DNA of 64,000 nucleotides from Candidatus Latescibacterota bacterium (GCA_965217865.1 CBDCJO010000002.1:5632001-5696000), one strand, 5' to 3'. Positions 31,988-41,302 are shown, counted from the first letter of the stretch. Program-made: numbers and translations. The notes: a model not told the origin generated them from the sequence alone.

Positions 31988-32674
31988 ATGATGGAGCAGG
32001 AGACGAAGGAGAACGGAGGAAAGCTCACCCACGCCATTGAAGACTATCTTAAATTCATTTTTAAACTTCAGGCGTCCGGGGAGAAGGTCACGACATCCGC
32101 CATCGCGGAACGAATGCACGTGTCCGCGGCCTCCGTCACCAGCATGATAAAAAAGCTGGCCGAGGCGAACCTGCTGACCCATACCCCCTATCACGGGGTC
32201 GATTTGACCCCCGGAGGAAAGAAGATCGCCCTCGAGATCATCCGGCATCATCGCCTCCTGGAGCTTTACCTGGCCGATACCCTCGGTTTCAGCTGGGACA
32301 CCGTCGATGAGGAGGCCGAAAGGCTCGAGCACGTTATCTCCGAGGAATTCGAAGCAAAAATCGACAAGGCCCTCGGGAACCCGACCATCGATCCCCACGG
32401 CTCGTCCATTCCGACTGAGAATGGGAATATGGATCAGGTCGATTGCGTACAGTTGTCCAGTCTGCAAAAAGGTCGTCGTGCAATCATCCGCCAGGTCAGC
32501 GATCGAGACCCCGATATGCTGCGCTACATGGCCAGTATCGGGCTCCATCTCGAAACACCCGTCGAAGTCATCGACAGGGCCCCCTTCAACGGCCCGGTAA
32601 CCATCGGGGTCGGGACGGACCAGCACGCCATTGGTCTGGAACTGGCGGATCATATTTTTGTTACCGTATCATGA
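31988..32674 (+). CDS. DtxR/MntR-family metal-dependent repressor with C-terminal FeoA domain
   Basis: IEDYLKFIF, TTSAIAERMHVSAASVT, RHHRLLELYL, EAERLEHVIS, DPHGSSIP. Confidence 0.95.
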   Translation: MMEQETKENGGKLTHAIEDYLKFIFKLQASGEKVTTSAIAERMHVSAASVTSMIKKLAEANLLTHTPYHGVDLTPGGKKIALEIIRHHRLLELYLADTLGFSWDTVDEEAERLEHVISEEFEAKIDKALGNPTIDPHGSSIPTENGNMDQVDCVQLSSLQKGRRAIIRQVSDRDPDMLRYMASIGLHLETPVEVIDRAPFNGPVTIGVGTDQHAIGLELADHIFVTVS

Positions 32675-32801
32675 AATTCAATATCGGCTCACCTCCGAAG
32701 CGGTGGGGATCCGACGGGTCTGCCCGACGTTATCTTCCCTTCTTAATAACTCTTAAAGTCGGGCTAAAATATATCCTTCATTCAAAAAATAGGGTTCCTC
32801 T

Positions 32802-34004
32802 ATGATTGATCCTCTCGGTGTCCTGCTGGTTGCCTGTGCGATCACGGCAGTGGGATGCGCGCTGTTCTGGCGCGGGCGCAGCTTTTTCGGGCGTCTGCAG
32901 CGCGTCCACCGGATGATAACTAAAGCGGACTCCAAATCACGTCGAGGTTTTCTCCTGGCAGGCGGAGCATCCCTTCTTGGGGTATTGGGGGTCGGCGGAC
33001 GGCGTGCCTTTGGCCCTGCGATCCCTTCCTCCATTGGCCTTGTTGCGCAAGCAGAAGGGCAGGAGGCAGTAAAATCAGAAGTGGGATTGCATGCCCATCG
33101 TATGGGCACAGTCGGAGAGATTCAACCGGGTGACTTCGACCCGATGCGCTATTTGACCGCGTGGAACTTTAATGATTTGGCTCCTGAAGAACGCGAGAAC
33201 TACTACCGGGAAACGCCACGACCCAACGGGACGCTCCTGCGGGAATATGAGTTTGTGGCCGTGGACAAAGAGATTGAAATTGCACCCGGGGTCTTTTTCC
33301 CTGCATGGACATATAACGGGCAGGTTCCGGGTCCCACCATTCGCGCCACCGAAGGTGACCACGTCCGCATTCGCTTCCGCAATCAGGGCTCCCATCCGCA
33401 CACCATCCACTTTCACGGCTGGCATCGCCCCGAGATGGACGGGGCATTTCCGGATCAGTTTGTCTATCCCGGGGATGAATTTCTTATCGAATTTGATGCC
33501 GACCCTGTTGGAATCCACCTCTATCATTGCCACTCCCTGCCGCTAAAACGCCATATCCATAAGGGACTGTACGGCAATTATATTGTGGATCCACGGGAAC
33601 CGAGACCTCCCGCTCGAGAGTTGATCATAATGATGAATGGCTTTGATACGAACTTTGACGGCGAAAACGAAATCTATGCGGCCAATACCGTTGCCTTTTA
33701 CTACATGAATCATCCGATTCAGGTCAAAGTTGGCGAACTGGTGCGCGTGTATCTGGTCAATGTCACGGAATTTGACCCGGTTAACTCGTTCCATCTTCAC
33801 GGAGCGTTTTTCGATGTGTATCGGACGGGGACGCGCCTGCACACGGATGAGTTCACCGATACGGTTATGATGTGTCAGGGGGAACGGGCGATCCTGGAAG
33901 TAACGCTCCGGTATCCGGGGCGTTACATGATTCATGCGCATCAGTCCGAGGTCGCCGAGCTGGGATGGATGGGTATCATTCAGGCCGTAAGCTCTTCAGT
34001 GTGA
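32802..34004 (+). CDS. Two-domain multicopper oxidase (type C-like), Tat substrate
   Basis: SRRGFL. Domain 1 has HTIHFHG and HCHSLPLKRHIHKGL (type-1 Cu site). Domain 2 has FHLHG and IHAHQ (no type-1 Cys). The true start may be ATG 32913. Confidence 0.9.
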   Translation: MIDPLGVLLVACAITAVGCALFWRGRSFFGRLQRVHRMITKADSKSRRGFLLAGGASLLGVLGVGGRRAFGPAIPSSIGLVAQAEGQEAVKSEVGLHAHRMGTVGEIQPGDFDPMRYLTAWNFNDLAPEERENYYRETPRPNGTLLREYEFVAVDKEIEIAPGVFFPAWTYNGQVPGPTIRATEGDHVRIRFRNQGSHPHTIHFHGWHRPEMDGAFPDQFVYPGDEFLIEFDADPVGIHLYHCHSLPLKRHIHKGLYGNYIVDPREPRPPARELIIMMNGFDTNFDGENEIYAANTVAFYYMNHPIQVKVGELVRVYLVNVTEFDPVNSFHLHGAFFDVYRTGTRLHTDEFTDTVMMCQGERAILEVTLRYPGRYMIHAHQSEVAELGWMGIIQAVSSSV

Positions 34005-34026
34005 TACGTAAAAGGAGTAAGAAGCA

Positions 34027-35274
34027 ATGAACGTGGATCCTCATCGCGAATCCAGAGATACATCACATCACGAGAAGAAAAGTCTATCGTCCTGGGTTTT
34101 CATCTTTTTACCACTTGTCCTGCTTGGCATTTTGATCGTCATTCTGCAGACCTACGGCCCCGGCAAAGCCTTGCGTAGCCATTTCCCGCCCGTGGAGGAG
34201 ATCGCGTTTCAGCGCATTGTGCTCCGGGACCAAGAGGCGGCCGATAAACGCCCGAAAGAGATCATTTTGCACATCCTCAACGATGGTCCCAGTGAGACGA
34301 CCGTAGCGCAGGTGATGGTGGATGAAGCGTATTGGCCCTTCGAGATCAGGCCAAAGGCAACACTCAAGCACCTGGAGAGTGCTCAGGTTCATCTGTTTTA
34401 TCCCTGGGTGGAGGGGGAGACACACGAAGTCACACTCATCACCTCAACAGGCCTGACTTTCAGCGAAGAGATCGAAGTTGCCGTAGAATCTCCGAGCCCC
34501 AATTGGACCTATCTGGGTATCTTTTCCCTGTTAGGGGTCTATGTGGGTGTGATTCCCGTTTTCATAGGGCTGCTCTGGTTTCCGGCCATGCAAAATGTGA
34601 GCGCAAGAGGGCTGCATTTCCTCCTGAGCTTAACCGTGGGATTGCTGGTCTTTCTTGCAGTGGACGCGCTCCACGAAGCCCTTGAAGTCGCCGAGGAATT
34701 GCCGGAGGCCTATGAGGGTGTTGCGCTGGTCACGGCCGGATTTGCAGGCTGCTTGCTGCTTCTGATGACCATTTCTCGATGGGCGCGCACTCAGGCGGCC
34801 CAACGCGGTGAGACATTCCAACGGATGGTACTTGCCTACATGATTGCATTTGGGATCGGCTTACACAACTTGGGAGAGGGGCTTGCCATCGGTTCGGCAT
34901 ATGCGCTTGGGAATATCGCACTGGGAGGATTATTGGTGATCGGTTTTGCCGTTCATAATACGACCGAGGGTTTCGCCATCGTGGCTCCGGTTGCGAAACA
35001 GCGGGTCGCTTTTCGCAACTTTATCTGGATGGGAGCTCTTGCGGGTGTGCCGACGATTCTGGGCGTGTGGATCGGCGGCTTTACCTATTCGGCGGTCTGG
35101 TCCGTGCTGTTTCTCAGCATCGGAGCAGGCGCGATTGTGCAGGTCATTTATGTCATCCTATGTCAGATGGCACGCCAACCCGAAGACGCGGGGGTGCTGA
35201 CGCCCCACAATTTTGGCGGCTTGTTGGTGGGTTTTTTGATTATGTACTCGACAGGGCTTCTGGTCACGTTCTGA
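34027..35274 (+). CDS. ZIP (GufA-like) divalent metal transporter with N-terminal extracytoplasmic domain
   Basis: IGLHNLGEGLAIG and HNTTEGFAI metal-binding helices; N-terminal TM plus about 110-aa soluble domain. Confidence 0.92.
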   Translation: MNVDPHRESRDTSHHEKKSLSSWVFIFLPLVLLGILIVILQTYGPGKALRSHFPPVEEIAFQRIVLRDQEAADKRPKEIILHILNDGPSETTVAQVMVDEAYWPFEIRPKATLKHLESAQVHLFYPWVEGETHEVTLITSTGLTFSEEIEVAVESPSPNWTYLGIFSLLGVYVGVIPVFIGLLWFPAMQNVSARGLHFLLSLTVGLLVFLAVDALHEALEVAEELPEAYEGVALVTAGFAGCLLLLMTISRWARTQAAQRGETFQRMVLAYMIAFGIGLHNLGEGLAIGSAYALGNIALGGLLVIGFAVHNTTEGFAIVAPVAKQRVAFRNFIWMGALAGVPTILGVWIGGFTYSAVWSVLFLSIGAGAIVQVIYVILCQMARQPEDAGVLTPHNFGGLLVGFLIMYSTGLLVTF

Positions 35275-35305
35275 ATCCTTTGTCGTCACCTCTTAAAAAG
35301 AGGGA

Positions 35306-35719
35306 ATGGAGATGTTCGGTCCCAGTTTTCGACACAGAATTTCTCAGGTAATTGGCTTTGCTCTCCTTTTAATAGGTATTACACTTGTCGCTGTCGAGGC
35401 GATGCGGGATAGGCCAAATGTCACTTTCGAGGTCGTTGCGGAAAATCTGGTTTTCAGGGGAAATAACCCGACACTTTATGCGAGGCCCGGCTCAAAAGTA
35501 AAACTGATCTTCCGCAATGAATCGCGTGGCATCGAACACCATCTCGCAGTAGAGGGGCTCAACGTGGAAACTGACATTCTTCTACCTGGAGAGCGTGAGG
35601 AGATCAGCTTCTCAGTGCCGCTGCGAGATACGGTCCTGACCTATGCCTGTATGCTGCACCCAATGATGAAGGGTAAATTCGTAGTGGGAAATCCGGATAT
35701 CACTAGCGCATCCCGATAA
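35306..35719 (+). CDS. Membrane-anchored cupredoxin-domain protein
   Basis: N-terminal TM; IEHHL...YACMLHPMMKG type-1 copper ligands. Confidence 0.85.
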   Translation: MEMFGPSFRHRISQVIGFALLLIGITLVAVEAMRDRPNVTFEVVAENLVFRGNNPTLYARPGSKVKLIFRNESRGIEHHLAVEGLNVETDILLPGEREEISFSVPLRDTVLTYACMLHPMMKGKFVVGNPDITSASR

Positions 35720-35776
35720 AACCCTACATAAAAGCCAGTCAGAAAGGTTAAAATGCAGCCAAGTGATACTAACCCG

Positions 35777-35870
35777 AAGGCGGTTTACAAGCTTCAAAAG
35801 GGCCGCGGATCCGGGAGACATGGTGAAGATGTCTGTGATCGCCGAGAAGATGAAGGTGTCCTCAGCTTCT
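35777..35870 (+). pseudogene. 5' remnant of a second DtxR-family gene
   Basis: KAVYKLQ, then after a frame change VKMSVIAEKMKVSSAS, matching KFIFKLQ...VTTSAIAERMHVSAAS of the intact copy at 31988. Confidence 0.7.
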
Positions 35871-36040
35871 TGGATGGTTCATAGAGTTCGAACGCTGCCT
35901 CACACTTGGCTTCAGAAAGCATCCATCGACAGCTCTCTCACGCCTTTTCACGTCTCTTCACCTCCCTTCTCCTGAACTTTTCGATTGTCAGTTTTTTGTC
36001 AAAATTGTGACACGGCACGAACCATTATGGAATGGAGCGT

Positions 36041-36199
36041 ATGCTCTTCAGCCTGGTTCACAACCCCTGTTCGACGACGATCTATACCATCTGGAAGGAG
36101 ATCGGGAGCGTCAAGTGGACCGCTGTCTCCTCACTCCTGCCCGTAGTGATGGGCCTCATGATCTGCTTTTTTGTTGCCCAGGTGTGGGGATTATTTTAG
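36041..36199 (+). pseudogene. feoB: 3' remnant of a FeoB-type ferrous iron permease
   Basis: Below the ORF-track cutoff. MLFSLVHNPCSTTIYTIWKEIGSVKWTAVSSLLPVVMGLMICFFVAQVWGLF* matches the FeoB C-terminal PCxxT...KE.G..KW pattern. Confidence 0.75.
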
Positions 36200-36242
36200 G
36201 AAAGCTAAGAGCAAACCTATTCAATCCGGGTAAATCCTGACC

Positions 36243-36273
36243 AGGGGCGGATCACGTCGATCCGCCCCTTTTT
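36243..36273 (+). terminator. Intrinsic terminator closing the metal locus
   Basis: AGGGGCGGATC-ACGTC-GATCCGCCCCT followed by a T-run. Confidence 0.85.
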
Positions 36274-36333
36274 ATTTATATAGAATAAGAATTTACGGGC
36301 GGAATTCCAGGTTACATCATACCCTGGCCTCTA

Positions 36334-36362
36334 TTGACACATTAGGGGAACTTGCTTACATT
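36334..36362 (+). promoter_or_regulatory. sigma70 promoter of the protease-map operon
   Basis: TTGACA-17 nt-TACATT. Confidence 0.65.
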
Positions 36363-36368
36363 GTTTTA

Positions 36369-37913
36369 ATGGTCTTATCTTTTTTATTTATTGGGTTAAT
36401 CCTGTTTTTCTGTCCAACCCGAATCCTTGCAACCGGTGTTCTCCACCTGGAGACGCTCGGGGACCACAAGTGGGCGACCTGCGGTACTCCTGAGCTCATG
36501 GCCGCACATGCCAACCGGGATCTGCTCCCGGAGAAGACCCGTCGCGGTCTTTCCCTTTTTCAGACAAGGCCTTCGACTCAAAGTCAATACACCAGCCCAT
36601 CAGGACAGTTCCGTATACACTATGATACGAACGGCACCCATGCCGTTGAGCAGACCGACCTGACCGGCAATAGTGTGCCGGACTACGTGGATGCGGTCGC
36701 TGCCACCGCGGACAGCACATGGTCCTTTCAGGTCGGCCAACTCGGGTATCAATCTCCCCGAACGGACAATACTGCCGGGGGCGGACGAGATGAGGTCGAT
36801 ATCTATATCCGGGAATTTGGTTCCCGGGGATTTTACGGGATCGCATATCCTGTTAACAACACCGGCCTCATCGCTTCCGGGTACCTGGAAATCGACAACA
36901 ACTATACCGACGAAATCTATCCGAGCCAGGGATTAGCGGGTCTCAGGGTGACCATAGCCCACGAATTCTTTCACGTCATTCAGTTCGGTTATTACAGTTC
37001 TTTCGATGCAGCCTGGTGGCAGGAGAGCACCGCCACCTGGATGGAGGATATCGCATACCCCGAGGTCAACGACTACTACCAGTACCTGCCCGACTTTTTT
37101 ATCGACCCCACTATTTCCCTTGATCGGTTCCTTTTTCGTGATCGTCATCCTTTCGGCTCAACTGTATTTATTCACAACCTGAATTCCGTGTTCGGTCCTT
37201 CGGTCATCCGAACCTCCTGGGAACAGCTTGGCGTCCAGAAGAACTGGAGCCTCGGCCTGATCGACGAAGTCCTGACCGGTGGGTTCGACCAGGTCCTTCC
37301 CAGGTTCGCAACCTGGAACTATTTTACGGAGACACGTAGCCTCCCCGGTTACTATCCTGAAGCGTCCGCCTATCCGCTTATCCTGGTACAAGACATATCC
37401 CTGAGGTTCGGACAGTCCACGACAACGAGCGGCCAGATGGACCATCTTGCGGCCGACTATATTCGAATTGAACCGCCCTCCTTTGAACCCGGTGGTCTGT
37501 CCGTCAACCTGACCCTCGATACCCGCGCGAAATGGAAAGTCTCCGCCCTGCTTGTCGGATCCGGAGGCTTCGAGATTATGGAGGAGACCGGAAGGGAATT
37601 CCGAATACCGATGTGGAATCAGTACAAAGAGATCGTCATCATACCTGTGTGCCTTACTCAAACGGGGTCGGGCTATACGTATCAGGTAAGGGCAGAGGTC
37701 CGGGGCGACATCCTCAAACCCGCGAGTGCCATCGGTGACTTTATCCGGAACGGGATAGTCGATTTCGATGATTTCTTCCTTTTCGTCAATGGTTTCGGAA
37801 AGACGGCGGCGGATTCCGATTTCAACGTAATCTTCGACCTCAACGGGGACGGGGCCATAGACCTCGACGATTTTTTCATCTTCGCCGATCATTTCGGGGA
37901 AAGTACCACATAA
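36369..37913 (+). CDS. Secreted zinc metalloprotease (MXAN_6640-like) with C-terminal EF-hand/dockerin-like tail
   Basis: CGT propeptide, FRIHY, AHEFFHVIQ...WWQESTATWMED; tail GDFIRNGIVDFDDFF...DLNGDGAIDLDDFF. Confidence 0.85.
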   Translation: MVLSFLFIGLILFFCPTRILATGVLHLETLGDHKWATCGTPELMAAHANRDLLPEKTRRGLSLFQTRPSTQSQYTSPSGQFRIHYDTNGTHAVEQTDLTGNSVPDYVDAVAATADSTWSFQVGQLGYQSPRTDNTAGGGRDEVDIYIREFGSRGFYGIAYPVNNTGLIASGYLEIDNNYTDEIYPSQGLAGLRVTIAHEFFHVIQFGYYSSFDAAWWQESTATWMEDIAYPEVNDYYQYLPDFFIDPTISLDRFLFRDRHPFGSTVFIHNLNSVFGPSVIRTSWEQLGVQKNWSLGLIDEVLTGGFDQVLPRFATWNYFTETRSLPGYYPEASAYPLILVQDISLRFGQSTTTSGQMDHLAADYIRIEPPSFEPGGLSVNLTLDTRAKWKVSALLVGSGGFEIMEETGREFRIPMWNQYKEIVIIPVCLTQTGSGYTYQVRAEVRGDILKPASAIGDFIRNGIVDFDDFFLFVNGFGKTAADSDFNVIFDLNGDGAIDLDDFFIFADHFGESTT

Positions 37914-37916
37914 AGG

Positions 37917-38744
37917 ATGATCTCTCTCAAAAACCCCCAGGAGATTGAACTGATTCGGGCGAACTGCCGGCTCGTCGCCGAGGCTCACCGTGCGATCCGG
38001 GAGCTTATCGTCCCGGGGACCACTACGGCGGAATTGGACCAGATCGTAGAGCGTCTCATCCGGGCCCAGGGGGCCGACCCGGCCTGGAAAGGTTACCACG
38101 GTTATCCTGCAACCATCTGTGCGTCGGTCAACGCGCAGATTGTCCACGGGGTTCCCGGCCAGGTTCCATTGCAAGACGGGGACATTATTGGAATTGATAT
38201 CGGTTCCCGGATGAGGGGCTTCTATGGAGATCAGGGCTATACCTATCCGGTCGGACACGTCTCGGAGGAGACCTGGAGGTTGATGCGGATCACCCTGGAA
38301 TCACTCTACAAGGGGATCGATCAGGCCCGCCCCGGCAACCGTCTCGAGGACATAACCGGACAGATCCAGAGATGGGTAGAATCGCACGGCTACTACATCG
38401 TCCGGAATTTTGTCGGGCACGGGATTGGGAGAAAACTGCACGAGGAACCCCAGATTCCAAATTATGCCCCTCTGGAGAAGAATCCCAGATTGAAACCCGG
38501 GATGGTCTTTTGCATCGAACCGATGGTTAACATGGGCACTGAGGAAGTCGTCGTCGCATCCGATAATTGGACGGCCGCAGCCGCGGACGGCCTCCCTTCG
38601 GCGCACTACGAACACATCATCGTTATCACTTCGGATGAACCCGAGATTTTAACCGAGGCTCTCGAGGACGAGACCCCGTCCCTGGAGCGGATACGACTTT
38701 CGAAGGCGGTTGACGAAGGGGCGGTCACGGAATTTTCAAAATAA
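37917..38744 (+). CDS. map: Methionine aminopeptidase type I
   Basis: CASVNAQIVHGVP, DIG...GD, GHGIGRKLHEEP, IEPM, SAHYEH. Confidence 0.96.
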   Translation: MISLKNPQEIELIRANCRLVAEAHRAIRELIVPGTTTAELDQIVERLIRAQGADPAWKGYHGYPATICASVNAQIVHGVPGQVPLQDGDIIGIDIGSRMRGFYGDQGYTYPVGHVSEETWRLMRITLESLYKGIDQARPGNRLEDITGQIQRWVESHGYYIVRNFVGHGIGRKLHEEPQIPNYAPLEKNPRLKPGMVFCIEPMVNMGTEEVVVASDNWTAAAADGLPSAHYEHIIVITSDEPEILTEALEDETPSLERIRLSKAVDEGAVTEFSK

Positions 38745-38796
38745 AACAAGGGGTTCGGGTTCGTCTTACGTTTGCCTTTCCCGTTTCACATTTTTT

Positions 38797-39573
38797 ATGA
38801 TCAAACTGACTTTTCTCGGCACCGGTACCTCTCATGGGGTTCCGATGATCGGATGTGACTGCAGGGTGTGCACCTCTCCGGATCCGAGAAACAACAGGAC
38901 ACGGACATCGGCATTCGTTCAGTATAATAACAGATGCGTCTTGATCGATACTGCGCCCGAGCATCGCCTCCAGGCCATCCGAAACGGAATCAAGCAGGTG
39001 GATGCCCTCCTTTTCACGCATACCCACGCGGATCACATTTACGGTTTGGACGACGTTCGGCGTTACTCGCAAATGGACGGAAAGGCCGTCCCCTGTTACG
39101 GATCCCCTGAGACCATCGACACCATCCGCCGGTATTTCGAGTATGCCTTCACAGACACCCCTCCAGGAGGGGGAAAACCTCAACTCGACATGAATCCCAT
39201 CGATGATAGAACGCCCCTGTCCCTGTTCGGGATCGATATCCTGCCGATACCTGTGTATCACGGGGAGACCCCTGTCCTCGGGTTTCGGTTCAACGGGGTG
39301 GCTTATGTCACGGACACCAACCGAATTCCGCCTTCATCATTCGATCTCTTGAAGGACCTCGATGTCCTCGTCCTGGACGCGCTTCGGCCCAGACCCCACA
39401 TCACGCATTTCAGCATCTATCAGGCCCTCGAGGTCGTAGACCGGCTCAGGCCTAAGGAGGCCTACTTTGTGCACATGACCCACCACGTTGAGCACGAAGA
39501 GACCAACGCTTATCTGAGTGAGATGACGGACAGTGTGTCGCTGGCATACGACGGACTGACGATAGAGGTATGA
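38797..39573 (+). CDS. MBL-fold metallo-hydrolase, PhnP-like
   Basis: FLGTGTSHGVPMIGCDCRVC, THTHADHIYG, HMTH, LAYDG. Confidence 0.92.
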   Translation: MIKLTFLGTGTSHGVPMIGCDCRVCTSPDPRNNRTRTSAFVQYNNRCVLIDTAPEHRLQAIRNGIKQVDALLFTHTHADHIYGLDDVRRYSQMDGKAVPCYGSPETIDTIRRYFEYAFTDTPPGGGKPQLDMNPIDDRTPLSLFGIDILPIPVYHGETPVLGFRFNGVAYVTDTNRIPPSSFDLLKDLDVLVLDALRPRPHITHFSIYQALEVVDRLRPKEAYFVHMTHHVEHEETNAYLSEMTDSVSLAYDGLTIEV

Positions 39574-39595
39574 ACCTTTCTCTCGATTAACCCAA

Positions 39596-41302
39596 ATGGC
39601 TAACGATCCCCGACAATTCGCAAGGTCACTGATCTCCCGCGAAAGAGGGATGGTTTTCATCGACCGCGGGGGGGCCGACCTCCGAATCGCCCTGGCTTAT
39701 CCCAACGTCTATCACCTGGGAATGTCAAACCTGGGTTTTCAGTCGATGTATAAGCACTTTAACCTGATGCCGGGGGTGGCCTGTGAACGCGTCTTCCTGC
39801 CGGATGCGGAGGAAGAGAGGACCCTCATCAGGCAACGGAAACCCCTGACGTCATTCGAGTGCGGCCGAAAGATTTCCGACTTCGACATCTTCGCTTTTTC
39901 CGTGTCTTTTGAGAACGATTATGTAAATCTTCTCAAGCTCCTGGATCTTTCTCATATACCGTTCCTGGCGAAGGACCGGAGCGAGGTCCATCCTCTTGTC
40001 CTGATCGGCGGGGCGGTGACCTTTATCAACCCCGAACCCCTTGCGGACTTCGCTGATGTGATCATCATCGGGGAAGGTGAAGAGACCTCCGATCGATATC
40101 TGGAACAGTTTAGGCAAGACAGAGGTCGGAAGCGAACGACGCACTTGCGGGAAGTGATGACGATTCCAGGGGTCTATGTACCGTCATTCACATCCACATA
40201 CGCTGAGAAGGAAGCGGCTGAACACCATCAGGAGGCCCATAACCTCCTCTCACCTACTCCCGTGGAGAAGCAGCAGCGTCCGGATCTTTCCGAACATATC
40301 GCCCACTCCGCCATCGTCACGGATCAAACGGAATTCAGCGATATATTCCTTATCGAAATTTCGCGAGGATGTCCCCGCCACTGCCGTTTTTGCGCAGTGA
40401 GCTACATCTACCCGAAGTTCCGAACCGTTTCGGCCGAACATATCCTTAAAATCGTCGGAGACTGCCGTTCCCGATACGGTGTGGACAATAACCCCGGGTT
40501 CGATCGAGTCGGGCTTGTCTCTTCCGCCATCTGTGACTACCAGGAAACGGACGCCCTTTGTGAAGGGCTTCTCGACATGGGCCTGAAGGTTTCCGTCTCT
40601 TCACTCCGGATCGACCTCCTCACCCAGGGCCTCCTGAACGCCTTGGCGAGATCCGGTCAGCGGACGATGACCATCGCCCCGGAGGCCGGCAGTTATCGCC
40701 TCCGAAAGGCCATAAAAAAAACCATGACCGACGAACAGATCCTGGACGGAGCGGGACGTGCTCTGGACGTGGGCATCCAGCATCTCAAGATCTACGCAAT
40801 GGTCGGTCTTCCCACCGAAACGGAGGAGGATCTGGCTGCCCTTGTCGATCTGACGCATAAACTCAGAAAGCTGATGTACGATCGTCAGGGACCACGACCG
40901 GGCCGACTGAGCCTTAGCGTCAATCCGTTCATCCCCAAACCCCTCACGCCTTTCCAGTGGTCCCGAATGGAGCCGCTCCGGGAGATCAAGCGACGGATGC
41001 GATTTCTCGAACGGGGGATCGGAAAGAACGCAGAGATCCACGTTGAGAATTACCGATCGGCTTATCTTGAAGGGATCCTCTCCCGGGGGGGCCGTGAGAT
41101 GAGCGATTTTCTGATAGCGATCCACCGGTTCGAAGGTGACTGGAAGCGCGCTGTCAGGGAAATCGATCTCAACGTCGATGCGTATCTTGACGAACGTCCC
41201 GACCGAACCGCTGTTCAGCCATGGGACTTCATCTATTACGACGGCGAACGCAACAAACTGGATCGAGAGCTGAATCGCGCGCTCAAGTTGACCGATTCAT
41301 GA
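39596..41302 (+). CDS. B12-binding-like/TIM-barrel radical SAM protein (conserved uncharacterised family)
   Basis: YPNVYHLGMSNLGF, RGCPRHCRFC (CxxxCxxC), IAPEAGS, FIPKPLTPFQW. Confidence 0.88.
   Translation: MANDPRQFARSLISRERGMVFIDRGGADLRIALAYPNVYHLGMSNLGFQSMYKHFNLMPGVACERVFLPDAEEERTLIRQRKPLTSFECGRKISDFDIFAFSVSFENDYVNLLKLLDLSHIPFLAKDRSEVHPLVLIGGAVTFINPEPLADFADVIIIGEGEETSDRYLEQFRQDRGRKRTTHLREVMTIPGVYVPSFTSTYAEKEAAEHHQEAHNLLSPTPVEKQQRPDLSEHIAHSAIVTDQTEFSDIFLIEISRGCPRHCRFCAVSYIYPKFRTVSAEHILKIVGDCRSRYGVDNNPGFDRVGLVSSAICDYQETDALCEGLLDMGLKVSVSSLRIDLLTQGLLNALARSGQRTMTIAPEAGSYRLRKAIKKTMTDEQILDGAGRALDVGIQHLKIYAMVGLPTETEEDLAALVDLTHKLRKLMYDRQGPRPGRLSLSVNPFIPKPLTPFQWSRMEPLREIKRRMRFLERGIGKNAEIHVENYRSAYLEGILSRGGREMSDFLIAIHRFEGDWKRAVREIDLNVDAYLDERPDRTAVQPWDFIYYDGERNKLDRELNRALKLTDS

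Noticed and set aside
32802-34004. Copper nitrite reductase NirK
   Set aside because: HxH pairs in both domains (HFH, HCH, HLH, HAH) fit a trinuclear two-domain oxidase, and the context is metal transport.
37158-38258. Long antisense ORFs (also 4681-5619, 45111-46007, 48876-49880, 20777-21691)
   Set aside because: They lie opposite well-supported genes and have no motifs, as expected of shadow frames in GC-rich DNA.
39596-41302. Maturase for the Nif11 peptide
   Set aside because: No visible SPASM or RRE domain; it is a widespread family in the map/PhnP operon, 5.5 kb away on the other strand.
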